DNA from: Bacteroidota bacterium
Lineage (GTDB): Bacteria > Bacteroidota > Bacteroidia > AKYH767-A > 2013-40CM-41-45
Direction of reading: 5' to 3'
NCBI GenBank assembly: GCA_003389385.1
Contig: QQVM01000021.1
Coordinates: 73,920-137,919, forward strand
DNA: 64,000 nucleotides
Below, piece by piece: positions 20,251 to 29,374 of the stretch. The notes beneath the pieces are model-generated. The model was not told the origin of the DNA, did no database searches, and saw only the letters and a list, made by a program, of their open reading frames with translations. The position numbers and the translations under genes were made by a program. How positions within the stretch are numbered: position 1 is the first letter of the stretch; each line of letters opens with the position of its first letter.

Positions 20251-22668
20251 TTAAGATAGTGATTTTGAAAAACGCTTTCTTACCGCAATGGCAGTGCCTA
20301 TAACCATTAATATGCAGCCCGTCCAAAGTATGTTGATTCCAGGGAAAATAATGGCTTTCATGATGACAAAATTCCGCTTGTTGGATTTCTTTTCCCTTAC
20401 GGAAATTTCAACTTTTCCGCTGACAGGGTCAATTTTCTGAAAACTGAATTTCAGTCCAAGTTCAGGGATTTCAGTGTCCTGATGAAACATGGTGTAGTCG
20501 CGGATGAGAAACAAAGGCAGCGTTTTGTATTGAGTCTTGTTCACATCTTCAACCCTCAGCTTCGCGCCTACAGCTATATCCATGTCATGCAGATGGTTTG
20601 ATTCGTGATCTATGTTTTTATCTAGACCTTCAAGAATCACAAAACTGTTGCTCGTAATAATAGTATCTCCAATTGCCATCTCCATAACTGTGGGTGACTG
20701 ATAAACTTCATCCTCATTGCTTCCGTCTTTTTTCTCAATTTCTGCGTATGTGATGTGTGTATAAATGTCTTTTGTGAGGTAATGTTTTGTTGCAGGCTCC
20801 GCCACATTTCCCATTCTTTCGTTCAACTGAATGAACGGAGCGAGTTCAAATACTTTTTTCTTTTCGCCAGTTTGCTCATCAGCTTTGAAGTATTCAATGT
20901 TATAATAGATGTGAATTCCTTCCTGTACTTTGCCGGCGTAGGTTACATAATATTCTCCCATCGGCAGCGTGTCTTTCTTGTGTTCAATGAGAATATTCTC
21001 CTTATTTGGAAAATCTTTTCCCAGGTCAACATTCTTTAAATTGCGAGATATGATTTCCTTCTTGGAATTTGATATAAGCGCTCCGCAAAGAAGGAGTGCG
21101 AATCCAATGTGTGCAATTGAAGAGCCTGCTTTATTGAATTTGGTTCCGGTAACCTTGATCATGTAACTTAGATTAGCAAGTACAGCGAAAACTGAAGCGA
21201 ATAATAAAATGTAATATGGTACAGGATAATCAATTCCAAGAAAGATTGCAGATATCAGTGTGATAACTAAAGAAGCAATTGCGGATGGTACCACGTTTTT
21301 TATAAACTGATTCCAGTCAGTTTGTTTGTACTTGAAGTGTTGTCCTATTCCAATGAGCAGGCATAGCAAGATTGCAACCGGTATCTGCCAACGGTTATAA
21401 TGATCAATCACATCTGCAGGTGGCGCAAGCTTTGTTCCGAATAATTTATTTATTACCGGAGTGGAAGTGGTAAAGGTTATTTGCAAACTTCCAATAACAA
21501 GTACAAGTATCCCAATGAACATCCAGAATTCTCTGGAGGCGAATTGCTCCTCAGGGGAATTATCTTTTAAATCCTTCCTTCTGATGAACATGAGAACCAT
21601 AGCAAGCACAAGAAAAAACAGCATGTATATCACAAGTTGTCCGCTCATGCCAAGATCAGTAAAGGAATGCACGCTTGAGTCACCAAGGATGCCACTTCGA
21701 GTCAGAAATGTAGAATACAGGATGAAGAAGAAAGTGATTGATGCCAGTACAATGGAAGAAATGATTGCGTTTCCCCTGTGTTTTTGAATCAGCATCACAT
21801 GCCCAAGTGCTGTCAGAGTCATCCATGGAACAAGTGAGGCATTTTCTACCGGATCCCAAGCCCAGAATCCCCCGAAACTGAGTGACTCATATGCCCAGGC
21901 CGCTCCCATGAGAATGCCTGTGCCTAATATCATTATTGCAAGGAAAGTCCAGGGTAAGGCCGGCTTTATCCATTCGGAGTATTTTCTTCTCAGCAGACCA
22001 GTGAGCGCAAAAGCAAAGGGAACCACTGTTAGTGCAAATCCCATGAAAAGGGTGGGAGGGTGGATAGTCATCCAGTAATTCTGGAGCAGAGGATTCAATC
22101 CACGGCCGTCTTCAATCCTGTTCAGGTAATCAGGAAATTTTATGAATGGAAGCTTAGCGAATTCAGGATGCTCACGAAGAAGAACAAAGGGGTTTGTTCC
22201 AATCTTCTGGCCAAGTACGATTACTCCCAGAATCATTGAAGTAAGAAAGACCTGAACCAGTGCCATAATTGACATGACACCGCTTTCCCATTCGCCGGTT
22301 CGAAACATCAGTATGGCACCAAGTATTATATGCCAGAACATCCATAGCAGAAAACTTCCTTCCTGGCCTTCCCAAAAACATGAAAAAATATAGCGTAGTG
22401 GCATGGTAGTGCTGCTGTGCTCCCATACATACAAGTACTCAAACCTGTGCTGAATGATTAAGTAAAAGATGATTCCAATTACGCCTAAAATGGAAACCGC
22501 ATGAATGCCAAAAGCACCTCGCGCGAGTTTTTTCCAGGAGGAATCACCAGTCCGCAGTGCAGCTAAATATGACAAACCAGATAGCAATGCGCTGGTAAAG
22601 CCCAGCATGATCAGGAAATTGCCAATCTTTCCCCAGAACAGTTGTTCACCTATATAGGCAATTTCCAT
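20251..22668 (-). CDS. ccmF: cytochrome c-type biogenesis heme lyase CcmF (extended form)
   Basis: WWD domain GGFWAWDPVENASLVPWMTLTALGHVML, multiple TM helices and conserved His residues. It is about 805 aa from Met 22668 (MEIAYIGEQLFWG) and has an extra C-terminal region ending in a TM helix. Confidence 0.8.
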   Translation of the reverse strand: MEIAYIGEQLFWGKIGNFLIMLGFTSALLSGLSYLAALRTGDSSWKKLARGAFGIHAVSILGVIGIIFYLIIQHRFEYLYVWEHSSTTMPLRYIFSCFWEGQEGSFLLWMFWHIILGAILMFRTGEWESGVMSIMALVQVFLTSMILGVIVLGQKIGTNPFVLLREHPEFAKLPFIKFPDYLNRIEDGRGLNPLLQNYWMTIHPPTLFMGFALTVVPFAFALTGLLRRKYSEWIKPALPWTFLAIMILGTGILMGAAWAYESLSFGGFWAWDPVENASLVPWMTLTALGHVMLIQKHRGNAIISSIVLASITFFFILYSTFLTRSGILGDSSVHSFTDLGMSGQLVIYMLFFLVLAMVLMFIRRKDLKDNSPEEQFASREFWMFIGILVLVIGSLQITFTTSTPVINKLFGTKLAPPADVIDHYNRWQIPVAILLCLLIGIGQHFKYKQTDWNQFIKNVVPSAIASLVITLISAIFLGIDYPVPYYILLFASVFAVLANLSYMIKVTGTKFNKAGSSIAHIGFALLLCGALISNSKKEIISRNLKNVDLGKDFPNKENILIEHKKDTLPMGEYYVTYAGKVQEGIHIYYNIEYFKADEQTGEKKKVFELAPFIQLNERMGNVAEPATKHYLTKDIYTHITYAEIEKKDGSNEDEVYQSPTVMEMAIGDTIITSNSFVILEGLDKNIDHESNHLHDMDIAVGAKLRVEDVNKTQYKTLPLFLIRDYTMFHQDTEIPELGLKFSFQKIDPVSGKVEISVREKKSNKRNFVIMKAIIFPGINILWTGCILMVIGTAIAVRKRFSKSLS

Positions 22669-22705
22669 ATGCTCTTGTACTATGAATAATAAGGTTTTTA
22701 TGAAT

Positions 22706-23107
22706 TTAATTGCGTGACATTGACTCGATTTCACTCTTCGGGTCATTGTACTTTGAAGGACACTTCATGAGGATGTCATGGGCCACAAACTCATCTCCTT
22801 CCATCTTTCCAATCACAACGATTTGTTCAGACTTTTCGAAATCCTGCGGCCTTGCCATATGCAAGAGGACTTTCTTTTCTATTCCCTCCATATCTTTCAT
22901 GTAAAAGGTAAAGAGATCAGCATCAACTTCAGGATTGTATTCCTGAGGTCTTTCCCTGACAAGAAGACCTACTACATGAAAGGTCTTATTGGGGCTTTTG
23001 AGTGCTGTAGCAAAGGAAGCGTAGGTGCTGGAATCTGCAACTGTGCTCAGAATAGCGGCAATGGAGATAGCGATAACTACTATTGCAATGATATGTTTGT
23101 TTTTCAT
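22706..23107 (-). CDS. ccmE: cytochrome c maturation heme chaperone CcmE, CxxxY variant
   Basis: N-terminal membrane anchor, an OB-fold body, and a C-terminal VAHDILMKCPSKYNDP. The Cys in CPSKY replaces the proteobacterial His of HxxxY. Confidence 0.75.
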   Translation of the reverse strand: MKNKHIIAIVVIAISIAAILSTVADSSTYASFATALKSPNKTFHVVGLLVRERPQEYNPEVDADLFTFYMKDMEGIEKKVLLHMARPQDFEKSEQIVVIGKMEGDEFVAHDILMKCPSKYNDPKSEIESMSRN

Positions 23108-23186
23108 TAAAAATCAACAGAATTCAATGCAAAAGTACGGATAATATCCGCACGACCTGTGAATTTTACGTGTAGATATTTTGGCA

Positions 23187-23420
23187 TTATGACTTTTTCT
23201 TTTGAGTTTTTTCAAGCTTTTTTAGTTTATTTTCAATCAGTAACAGATATGCCAAAATACCTATGAAAATGATGCTTAACACCGCGACTACAACATAGAT
23301 TTTTCCTTCGGATCTCATACGGTCGGCCATGTCTATGTCTTGTGAGAATGTATATTGAGCATGAAAAATCATAACGAAAAGCATAGCCATAACTCGGAAA
23401 ACTGATTTGTTATTTTTCAT
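23187..23420 (-). CDS. ccmD: CcmD-like small membrane protein (alternative CcmD family)
   Basis: Small single-TM protein (YVVVAVLSIIFIGILAYLLLIENKLKKLEK) between ccmC and ccmE. The start is uncertain, with Met at 23471, 23420 or 23390. Confidence 0.5.
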   Translation of the reverse strand: MKNNKSVFRVMAMLFVMIFHAQYTFSQDIDMADRMRSEGKIYVVVAVLSIIFIGILAYLLLIENKLKKLEKTQKKKS

Positions 23421-23454
23421 TCTGTGGGTTTTGGATAAAATTTGCTTAGTATAA

Positions 23455-24156
23455 TTATTGTATTTGATCATTCTCCAGTTGTAGTTTTCTTATTCTAACA
23501 AGTATGTTTGTGATCCAGGCTGAAAATAGAGCCCAGCCAATGACAGCCGGGTAAAACACCATCCTCATATTCTTATCCAAATCGTAAGTGCCAAAGCCAG
23601 GATTTCCTCCACTTCCCGGGTGAAGTGAATCAGTCATTCTTGGCAGTATCATGATGAATACTATCATAAGGGCAAATGCGAAGATCGCGTAAACTGCAGA
23701 TATTCGGGCCCTTTTGTGGAAGTCAGGGATAGAACCTCTTAATACTACATATGCTAAATACACAAGCATGGCAGAAGCGGCACCATTCAGTTTGGCATCA
23801 TTTACCCACCAAGCGCCCCAGGTGAATTTCGCCCACATTGCGCCGGTTAAGAGACCAAGAATTCCAAGAAATATTCCAGTGTTCACGCATTGTTCTGAGA
23901 TTATATCATTTTCAGCCTTTCCATTTGAAAGATATTTGATTGCATAGTACATTGAGGCAAACATGATTATGATCATAGAGAACCAGATGGTGACATGAAA
24001 AAATAAGTTTCTGATGCTCTCATTCAATATTGCCAGCCGAGGAACATCAACAAGAAATCCGCCAATGATTGAATATAAAACAAGCACTATAGAAAGCCAT
24101 TTCCACCAGCTGATTCCGCTGAGCAAACTGACTGTTGTGGTTGTGGGTGTATTCAT
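23455..24156 (-). CDS. ccmC: heme exporter protein CcmC
   Basis: Six TM helices and a WWD-like motif FTWGAWWVNDAKLNGAASAML. Confidence 0.75.
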   Translation of the reverse strand: MNTPTTTTVSLLSGISWWKWLSIVLVLYSIIGGFLVDVPRLAILNESIRNLFFHVTIWFSMIIIMFASMYYAIKYLSNGKAENDIISEQCVNTGIFLGILGLLTGAMWAKFTWGAWWVNDAKLNGAASAMLVYLAYVVLRGSIPDFHKRARISAVYAIFAFALMIVFIMILPRMTDSLHPGSGGNPGFGTYDLDKNMRMVFYPAVIGWALFSAWITNILVRIRKLQLENDQIQ

Positions 24157-24195
24157 TTGCGAGTGAATGAATTCTGATGTGTAAAAAGAAGTTTG

Positions 24196-24852
24196 TTATT
24201 CGCGCCAAAGATAAGGAAACAACAAATAAGCCATAGCACAAACCATGGCATTAAGACATGCCAATAAAACTACATATTGATAATTAACAGACCACGACAA
24301 GCCGTCCATTGCATTTTTCGACAGACGAATGGTTGTGATCAGCAGAGGAATCAAGATAGGAAAACTCAGTATTGACATCAGGGTTGAACTGTTTCCTGCC
24401 TTGGAAGCGATCGCACTTACCATTGTCAGCACAGAAGCGAATCCTGCACTTCCCAAGATGATGGCAACAAAAAACATGAGATGATCTTCGACAGGATTAC
24501 CAACGAACCAAGAGTAAAATCCGATGTTTATCATTGACAGTGCAAGCATCAATATCAGATTGTAAATTATCTTGGCAAGAATGATGGCCCTTGGATCCGA
24601 AAGGGTGTAGTAGTAGAGAATTCTTCCAGGGCTTTCTTGAATGAAACTTTTAGCAACGGCTGTCACACCTGCAAAGAGCTGAATGATCCAAAAGAGCGCA
24701 TTCCATGTAGGCGGATCTATGACCTGGCGAAATGACAGATAGCACACAAAAACAGTCGTAATCACATAGAGAAGCAGTCCCTGGAAAGCGTATTTTTGTT
24801 TCCATTCGCTTTTGATTTCTTTTCCAATAAAATTCCTGATTTCTCCCAGCAT
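24196..24852 (-). CDS. ccmB: heme exporter permease CcmB
   Basis: Six-TM ABC-2-type permease of CcmB size (218 aa). It heads the ccm array. Confidence 0.65.
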   Translation of the reverse strand: MLGEIRNFIGKEIKSEWKQKYAFQGLLLYVITTVFVCYLSFRQVIDPPTWNALFWIIQLFAGVTAVAKSFIQESPGRILYYYTLSDPRAIILAKIIYNLILMLALSMINIGFYSWFVGNPVEDHLMFFVAIILGSAGFASVLTMVSAIASKAGNSSTLMSILSFPILIPLLITTIRLSKNAMDGLSWSVNYQYVVLLACLNAMVCAMAYLLFPYLWRE

Positions 24853-24873
24853 GAATGACCTCTTAAGAATGAA

Positions 24874-26274
24874 TTATATTTTCCATGTACTTCCGGTTTC
24901 AGGTATTTCGATATTCCTGAATCCTTTTTCCATGAGCTTTTCTCTCCAGTCAACTTGTACCTGGTAATCTCCGTGGACGAGAAACATTCTCTTCACCAGT
25001 AATGAATTTTGACATGCAAGATATTCAAGCATTTCATTGTAATCGGCATGGGCGCTGTAAGAATTTAGAACTTCAACTCTTGCCTTTACTTTGTATTGCT
25101 TTCCAAAAATGCTGACCTCTTCGTTTCCGGCAGATAATCGTCCTCCAAGGCTTTCAGGGGTGCAGTAACCGACGATAAGGATTGTGGAATTCGGGTTTTC
25201 TATGTTATTTCTGATGTGGTGCTTAACCCGTCCGGCTTCTGCCATTCCTGAAGCGGAAATAATTATCATCGGTTCATCCAGATTGTTGAGCATAATTGAA
25301 TCTTCAGCTTTTCTGATATATACCAGATTGTTAAATCCGAATGGATTCGGGTCATTTTTTAATTCACGAATCATTCGTGCATTGAAACAGTCATGATGCA
25401 GTTGCATTACTCCCGTTGCATTCACAGAAAGGGGACTATCCACAAACACCCTAATATTGGGCAGTTTCTTTTGATTGTAAAGATTGTTCAACGCATAAAC
25501 AATTTCCTGAGTTCGGCCCAGACTGAACGCTGGAATAATCAGCTTTCCTTTTTTTTCGACACAGGTTTCATGAACAATTTCAAGGAGCTTACTTTCAGTA
25601 ACATCTTTTGGATCGTGCAGCCTGTTTCCGTATGTAGATTCGCAAATGATTGCATCCGCCTGCGGAAATGCTGATGGCCTTCGAAGTATGTCATCCTGAA
25701 GTCTGCCAATGTCTCCGGTAAAGAAGAGTTTAATTTCGCGGTTTTGATCTTTGATTTTCAGAAATACTCCAGCAGCTCCTATGATATGCCCTGCGTGTGT
25801 AAACATGAGCTCGACCCCATTCCTGATTTTATAACTTCTTCCGAATGGTATGGTATGAAAATAATTCATTGCCGTTTCCACGTCTTCCGCTGTGTAAATT
25901 GGCGTTAACTTTTCCAACCCACGCTCATGGCGCTTTTTGTTCAAATACTTGATGTCATACTCCTGAATGTGAGCCGAATCTTCGAGCATAATTGCACACA
26001 AATCGCGAGTTGCTGCTGTACAATATATTTTCCCTTCAAATCCTTGACGTACCAGATTAGGAATGTTTCCGGAATGATCGATGTGAGCATGTGAAAGGAT
26101 TAACAAGTCTACCTGCCTTGGCTCAAAAGGAAATTCCCTGTTCAAGGCATCTGTATCTGCGCCGCGGCCCTGAAACAATCCGCAGTCAAGCAATATCCTG
26201 GTGCCATCACTAAGGGTGAGCATGTGCTTGCTTCCGGTTACGGTTCTTGCAGCCCCAAAAAAGCTTATTTCCAT
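24874..26274 (-). CDS. MBL-fold beta-CASP ribonuclease-like hydrolase
   Basis: LSHAHIDHSG metallo-beta-lactamase motif with beta-CASP and RNA-specificity-like C-terminal domains. Met 26274 (MEISFFGAARTVTGS) is the likely start. Confidence 0.75.
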   Translation of the reverse strand: MEISFFGAARTVTGSKHMLTLSDGTRILLDCGLFQGRGADTDALNREFPFEPRQVDLLILSHAHIDHSGNIPNLVRQGFEGKIYCTAATRDLCAIMLEDSAHIQEYDIKYLNKKRHERGLEKLTPIYTAEDVETAMNYFHTIPFGRSYKIRNGVELMFTHAGHIIGAAGVFLKIKDQNREIKLFFTGDIGRLQDDILRRPSAFPQADAIICESTYGNRLHDPKDVTESKLLEIVHETCVEKKGKLIIPAFSLGRTQEIVYALNNLYNQKKLPNIRVFVDSPLSVNATGVMQLHHDCFNARMIRELKNDPNPFGFNNLVYIRKAEDSIMLNNLDEPMIIISASGMAEAGRVKHHIRNNIENPNSTILIVGYCTPESLGGRLSAGNEEVSIFGKQYKVKARVEVLNSYSAHADYNEMLEYLACQNSLLVKRMFLVHGDYQVQVDWREKLMEKGFRNIEIPETGSTWKI

Positions 26275-26388
26275 AAGAACCTGCAATGTAATAAACTATG
26301 CGTTTCTGTATATGATTTTTGTCCTTTGGGAATACTGAATGGCTAAATTTGCATATTCACAACATGATGTGATTAAACAAGAAGATAT

Positions 26389-27108
26389 ATGAAACTAGAT
26401 ATTTTGGCTTTTGGAGCTCATCCCGATGATGTGGAGCTCTCTTGCTCAGGCACTCTGATTAAACACATGAAAATGGGAATGAAAGTCGGAGTGGCAGATC
26501 TGACAAAAGGAGAACTCGGGACGCGAGGCAATGCCCTTATAAGGTTGAAAGAAGCAGAGACAGCATCAAAAATACTTGGCCTGTCAGTACGAGTTAATTT
26601 GGAGTTAGCAGATGGATTATTCGAAACAGGCACGGAGGAGAAAGTAAAAATTATCCGTGTCATCAGACAATTCCGACCTAGAATTGTGATGTGTAACGCT
26701 GTGTCAGACAGACATCCTGATCACGGAAGAGCCGGAAAGCTAGTTGCAGATGCATGCTTTTTATCAGGACTTTCAAAATTTGAAACCAGTGACCAGGAAG
26801 GAAAGCCTCAGGCTGCGTGGAGACCATCGCTTATCTTGCATTATATTCAGGATAGATATCTGAAACCCGGTTTTGTAATTGATATAACAGACGTTTGGGA
26901 TGAAAAAATGAAATCAATCATGGCATTTGAATCACAGTTCTTCAACCCGGAATCAAAGGAACCGGACACTCCGATATCTTCTGAATTTTTCCTAGACTTT
27001 ATTCGCAACAGAGCGATTGAATTTGGCAGACATGCTGGAGTTCCATATGCAGAAGGCTTCATTACGGAGAGCCATATAAAAGTAAACTCATTGGATAATC
27101 TTCTGTAA
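26389..27108 (+). CDS. PIG-L/LmbE-family N-acetylglucosaminyl deacetylase (BshB1-like)
   Basis: ILAFGAHPDDVELSCSGTL and HPDHGRAG zinc-binding motifs. Confidence 0.75.
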   Translation: MKLDILAFGAHPDDVELSCSGTLIKHMKMGMKVGVADLTKGELGTRGNALIRLKEAETASKILGLSVRVNLELADGLFETGTEEKVKIIRVIRQFRPRIVMCNAVSDRHPDHGRAGKLVADACFLSGLSKFETSDQEGKPQAAWRPSLILHYIQDRYLKPGFVIDITDVWDEKMKSIMAFESQFFNPESKEPDTPISSEFFLDFIRNRAIEFGRHAGVPYAEGFITESHIKVNSLDNLL

Positions 27109-27117
27109 TTTTTAATT

Positions 27118-27151
27118 AAAAAAAAAGGGTTGCTTTTCAGCAGCCCTTTTT
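27118..27151. terminator. bidirectional terminator between convergent genes
   Basis: A9, then GGGTTGCT-TTTC-AGCAGCCC (27127..27146), then T5. On the minus strand the hairpin is followed by 9 U. Confidence 0.7.
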
Positions 27152-27167
27152 CTCCAATCGAAATAAT

Positions 27168-29186
27168 TTATCTTACGATCAACTGCTTGGTGTATTTAGC
27201 GCCATTTGCTTCTACTGTATAGAAGTAAACTCCGGCATTCCACTCAGTAGTATTCAGGTTGAAAGTGTTCATGCCTATAAGGGCATTGTTTCTCATTTCA
27301 GAGTAAACGGTTTTACCCAGAACATCAGTTACTTTCACATCAATTGATCCGCTGTTTCTCAGATTCACATTGAATGTAGTGTAACCGTTTGATGGATTTG
27401 GATAGTTTTGAGATACCGCTACACCGTTATTGTCAACTTTGTTGTTCGCACGAAGTGGAGCTGCTTCAAGCTTTGTAAATACAATGTCTGAAGGATTGCC
27501 AAGGTTGTTTGAAGGGTCGCATCCTGTAGTGTTCAGTCCGTGACCAGGAGCACCGTCACGCTGATAAAGGATGTATACATTGTTGTCAACATCTTTTGCC
27601 ATGCTTGCAAATGCACACTCCTGGAATTCACCGTCGCCACCCTGAGCCTGAGAAAGAACGATGTCAGTTGGATAAGACCATGTCTGTCCGTTGTCATAAG
27701 AAGCGATTACAAAAACGTGTCTGTGAGCCTGATGGAATAGGGTAGTGTCAGCTCTCTCATCAATAGTCTGATAAGAAACATAAATTACGTTATTGGCATC
27801 AACACCTGCAGATGGCATACCGGTGATTGTGCCTCGGTAATTACCCCATGCCATGGAGCAGAGCCCGCCGTCAGATGTAGTTGCCGGAACATCAAGGAAG
27901 CCATTGCCGTTGAAATCCTGAGCCTCTGCTATAATTACAAATGCGTCTGTAGCCATTGTCTCATTCCAGTAGTAAAGACCATCCTGTCCTGGGAAGTATG
28001 TGAATGAACCGGCTGTAGCAGAACTATCCCTGTACATGCGGTATTTGCTGAACCAAACGTGACACATTCCATTGCGATCAATCAATACATGTCCGTCTCC
28101 TGAATTTGTATCAATTGTATCTACAACTCCATCCATATCAATGTCTGTAATCATTGTGTATGGATCAAACAATGGAATAGGGAATGTTTGAACCATGGTT
28201 CTATTCCATGTAACACCACCATCTGTAGATTTCAGTATTCCAACACCTGTTGTAATGTCACTAAATACAATAGCAACTGTATTTCCTCTTGAATCAATAC
28301 CATAATTGTCTCCACCGAATCCGTCGAATTGAGTTGAGTCAATCAGAGGAATAACCGTGCGAAGCACAGGCCAGGTAACTCCACCATCATTGGAGCGAGA
28401 GTAGTAAATCGGTCCGAGCTGGCCTTCTACACGTACTGGAGGATCCACAACTCCTGCACCCTGCCAGATAGCGTGAACTGTCTCGCCACTTGCAGTAGCT
28501 TTTGACCAAGTATCGTTATTTGTTCCTGTGCCAAGTGCATTCACAAGCTGGTTCCAAACACCGGTACCCTTGTTCTGGCGCCAGTTAAGCAACATTCTGT
28601 TCAGTGATGAAGAGTGAGCAATGCTCATTTCTTTTCCGCTGGATGTTACAGCTATGTTGGTAAATCCAGTACGGTAAGTGCCTTCTGTACGCATGGAAGG
28701 GTAATCACCGCCGGCACCGGCTGGATTAGAAGGAGTAAGAGGAGTGAAATACCAGTTATTGAATCCGGGAGTTGGATTCGGATCATAATAGTTGTAACCA
28801 GTTCCGCGATTCGGGAAATTGGTTTGAGCGTCCGGAGAGAATGTCCAAACTGCTGAGAAAGATCCGTCAGCGCTTCTTACCAGACGATTGCTGATAGAAT
28901 TGTTTGTCTGCAAGTCGTAGTATGTAAAACCTACAATCTCTTCGTTGATTGTTGGAGCCGCAAACCTTGCTCTTGTTGGAGCAACCCACTGACGGGTCTG
29001 AGGATTTGCGAAAGGAATGCCATTATCAGTAGAGAGGTCATGCTTGGATGTTACCATGGTTTGGTTTTTCAGTCGCTCAGGCAACTGAGCGGATCTGAAT
29101 CCTTCAGGGAGTCTCTTCTCTATCTGTTGTGCATTTCCCATTGAAACAAGGGATACTGCAGCGCAGATCAGTAAAATTTTTTTCAT
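27168..29186 (-). CDS. secreted BNR/sialidase-like repeat protein with T9SS C-terminal sorting domain
   Basis: Signal peptide MKKILLICAAVSLVSMGNAQQ. Asp-box repeats SNDGGVTW, STDGGVTW, SYDNGQTW. The C-terminal CTD is VKVTDVLGKTVYSE...GVYFYTVEANGAKYTKQLIVR. Confidence 0.75.
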   Translation of the reverse strand: MKKILLICAAVSLVSMGNAQQIEKRLPEGFRSAQLPERLKNQTMVTSKHDLSTDNGIPFANPQTRQWVAPTRARFAAPTINEEIVGFTYYDLQTNNSISNRLVRSADGSFSAVWTFSPDAQTNFPNRGTGYNYYDPNPTPGFNNWYFTPLTPSNPAGAGGDYPSMRTEGTYRTGFTNIAVTSSGKEMSIAHSSSLNRMLLNWRQNKGTGVWNQLVNALGTGTNNDTWSKATASGETVHAIWQGAGVVDPPVRVEGQLGPIYYSRSNDGGVTWPVLRTVIPLIDSTQFDGFGGDNYGIDSRGNTVAIVFSDITTGVGILKSTDGGVTWNRTMVQTFPIPLFDPYTMITDIDMDGVVDTIDTNSGDGHVLIDRNGMCHVWFSKYRMYRDSSATAGSFTYFPGQDGLYYWNETMATDAFVIIAEAQDFNGNGFLDVPATTSDGGLCSMAWGNYRGTITGMPSAGVDANNVIYVSYQTIDERADTTLFHQAHRHVFVIASYDNGQTWSYPTDIVLSQAQGGDGEFQECAFASMAKDVDNNVYILYQRDGAPGHGLNTTGCDPSNNLGNPSDIVFTKLEAAPLRANNKVDNNGVAVSQNYPNPSNGYTTFNVNLRNSGSIDVKVTDVLGKTVYSEMRNNALIGMNTFNLNTTEWNAGVYFYTVEANGAKYTKQLIVR

Positions 29187-29374
29187 TTGATTGGATTGAA
29201 TTTTAGTTAGACAATTAGTTTGATTGGTCGTTTGTTTATCCCGACAAATTTACACAAAGTTTGCCTTTTACAAAGAAAAACTGTCAGGATTTTGTCTTAA
29301 TAATCAAATGTTTATGTCATTCTTTTGTAAGAATCCCGATTGCCGGATGAAGGTTTGTCTTTCAGCGGGAAAGA

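Noticed and set aside
20251-22746. Full-length 831-aa ORF as the ccmF coding region
   Set aside because: The first 26 codons would overlap the 3' end of ccmE (22706..22746). The internal Met at 22668 (MEIAYIGEQLFWG) matches the conserved CcmF N-terminus and removes the overlap.
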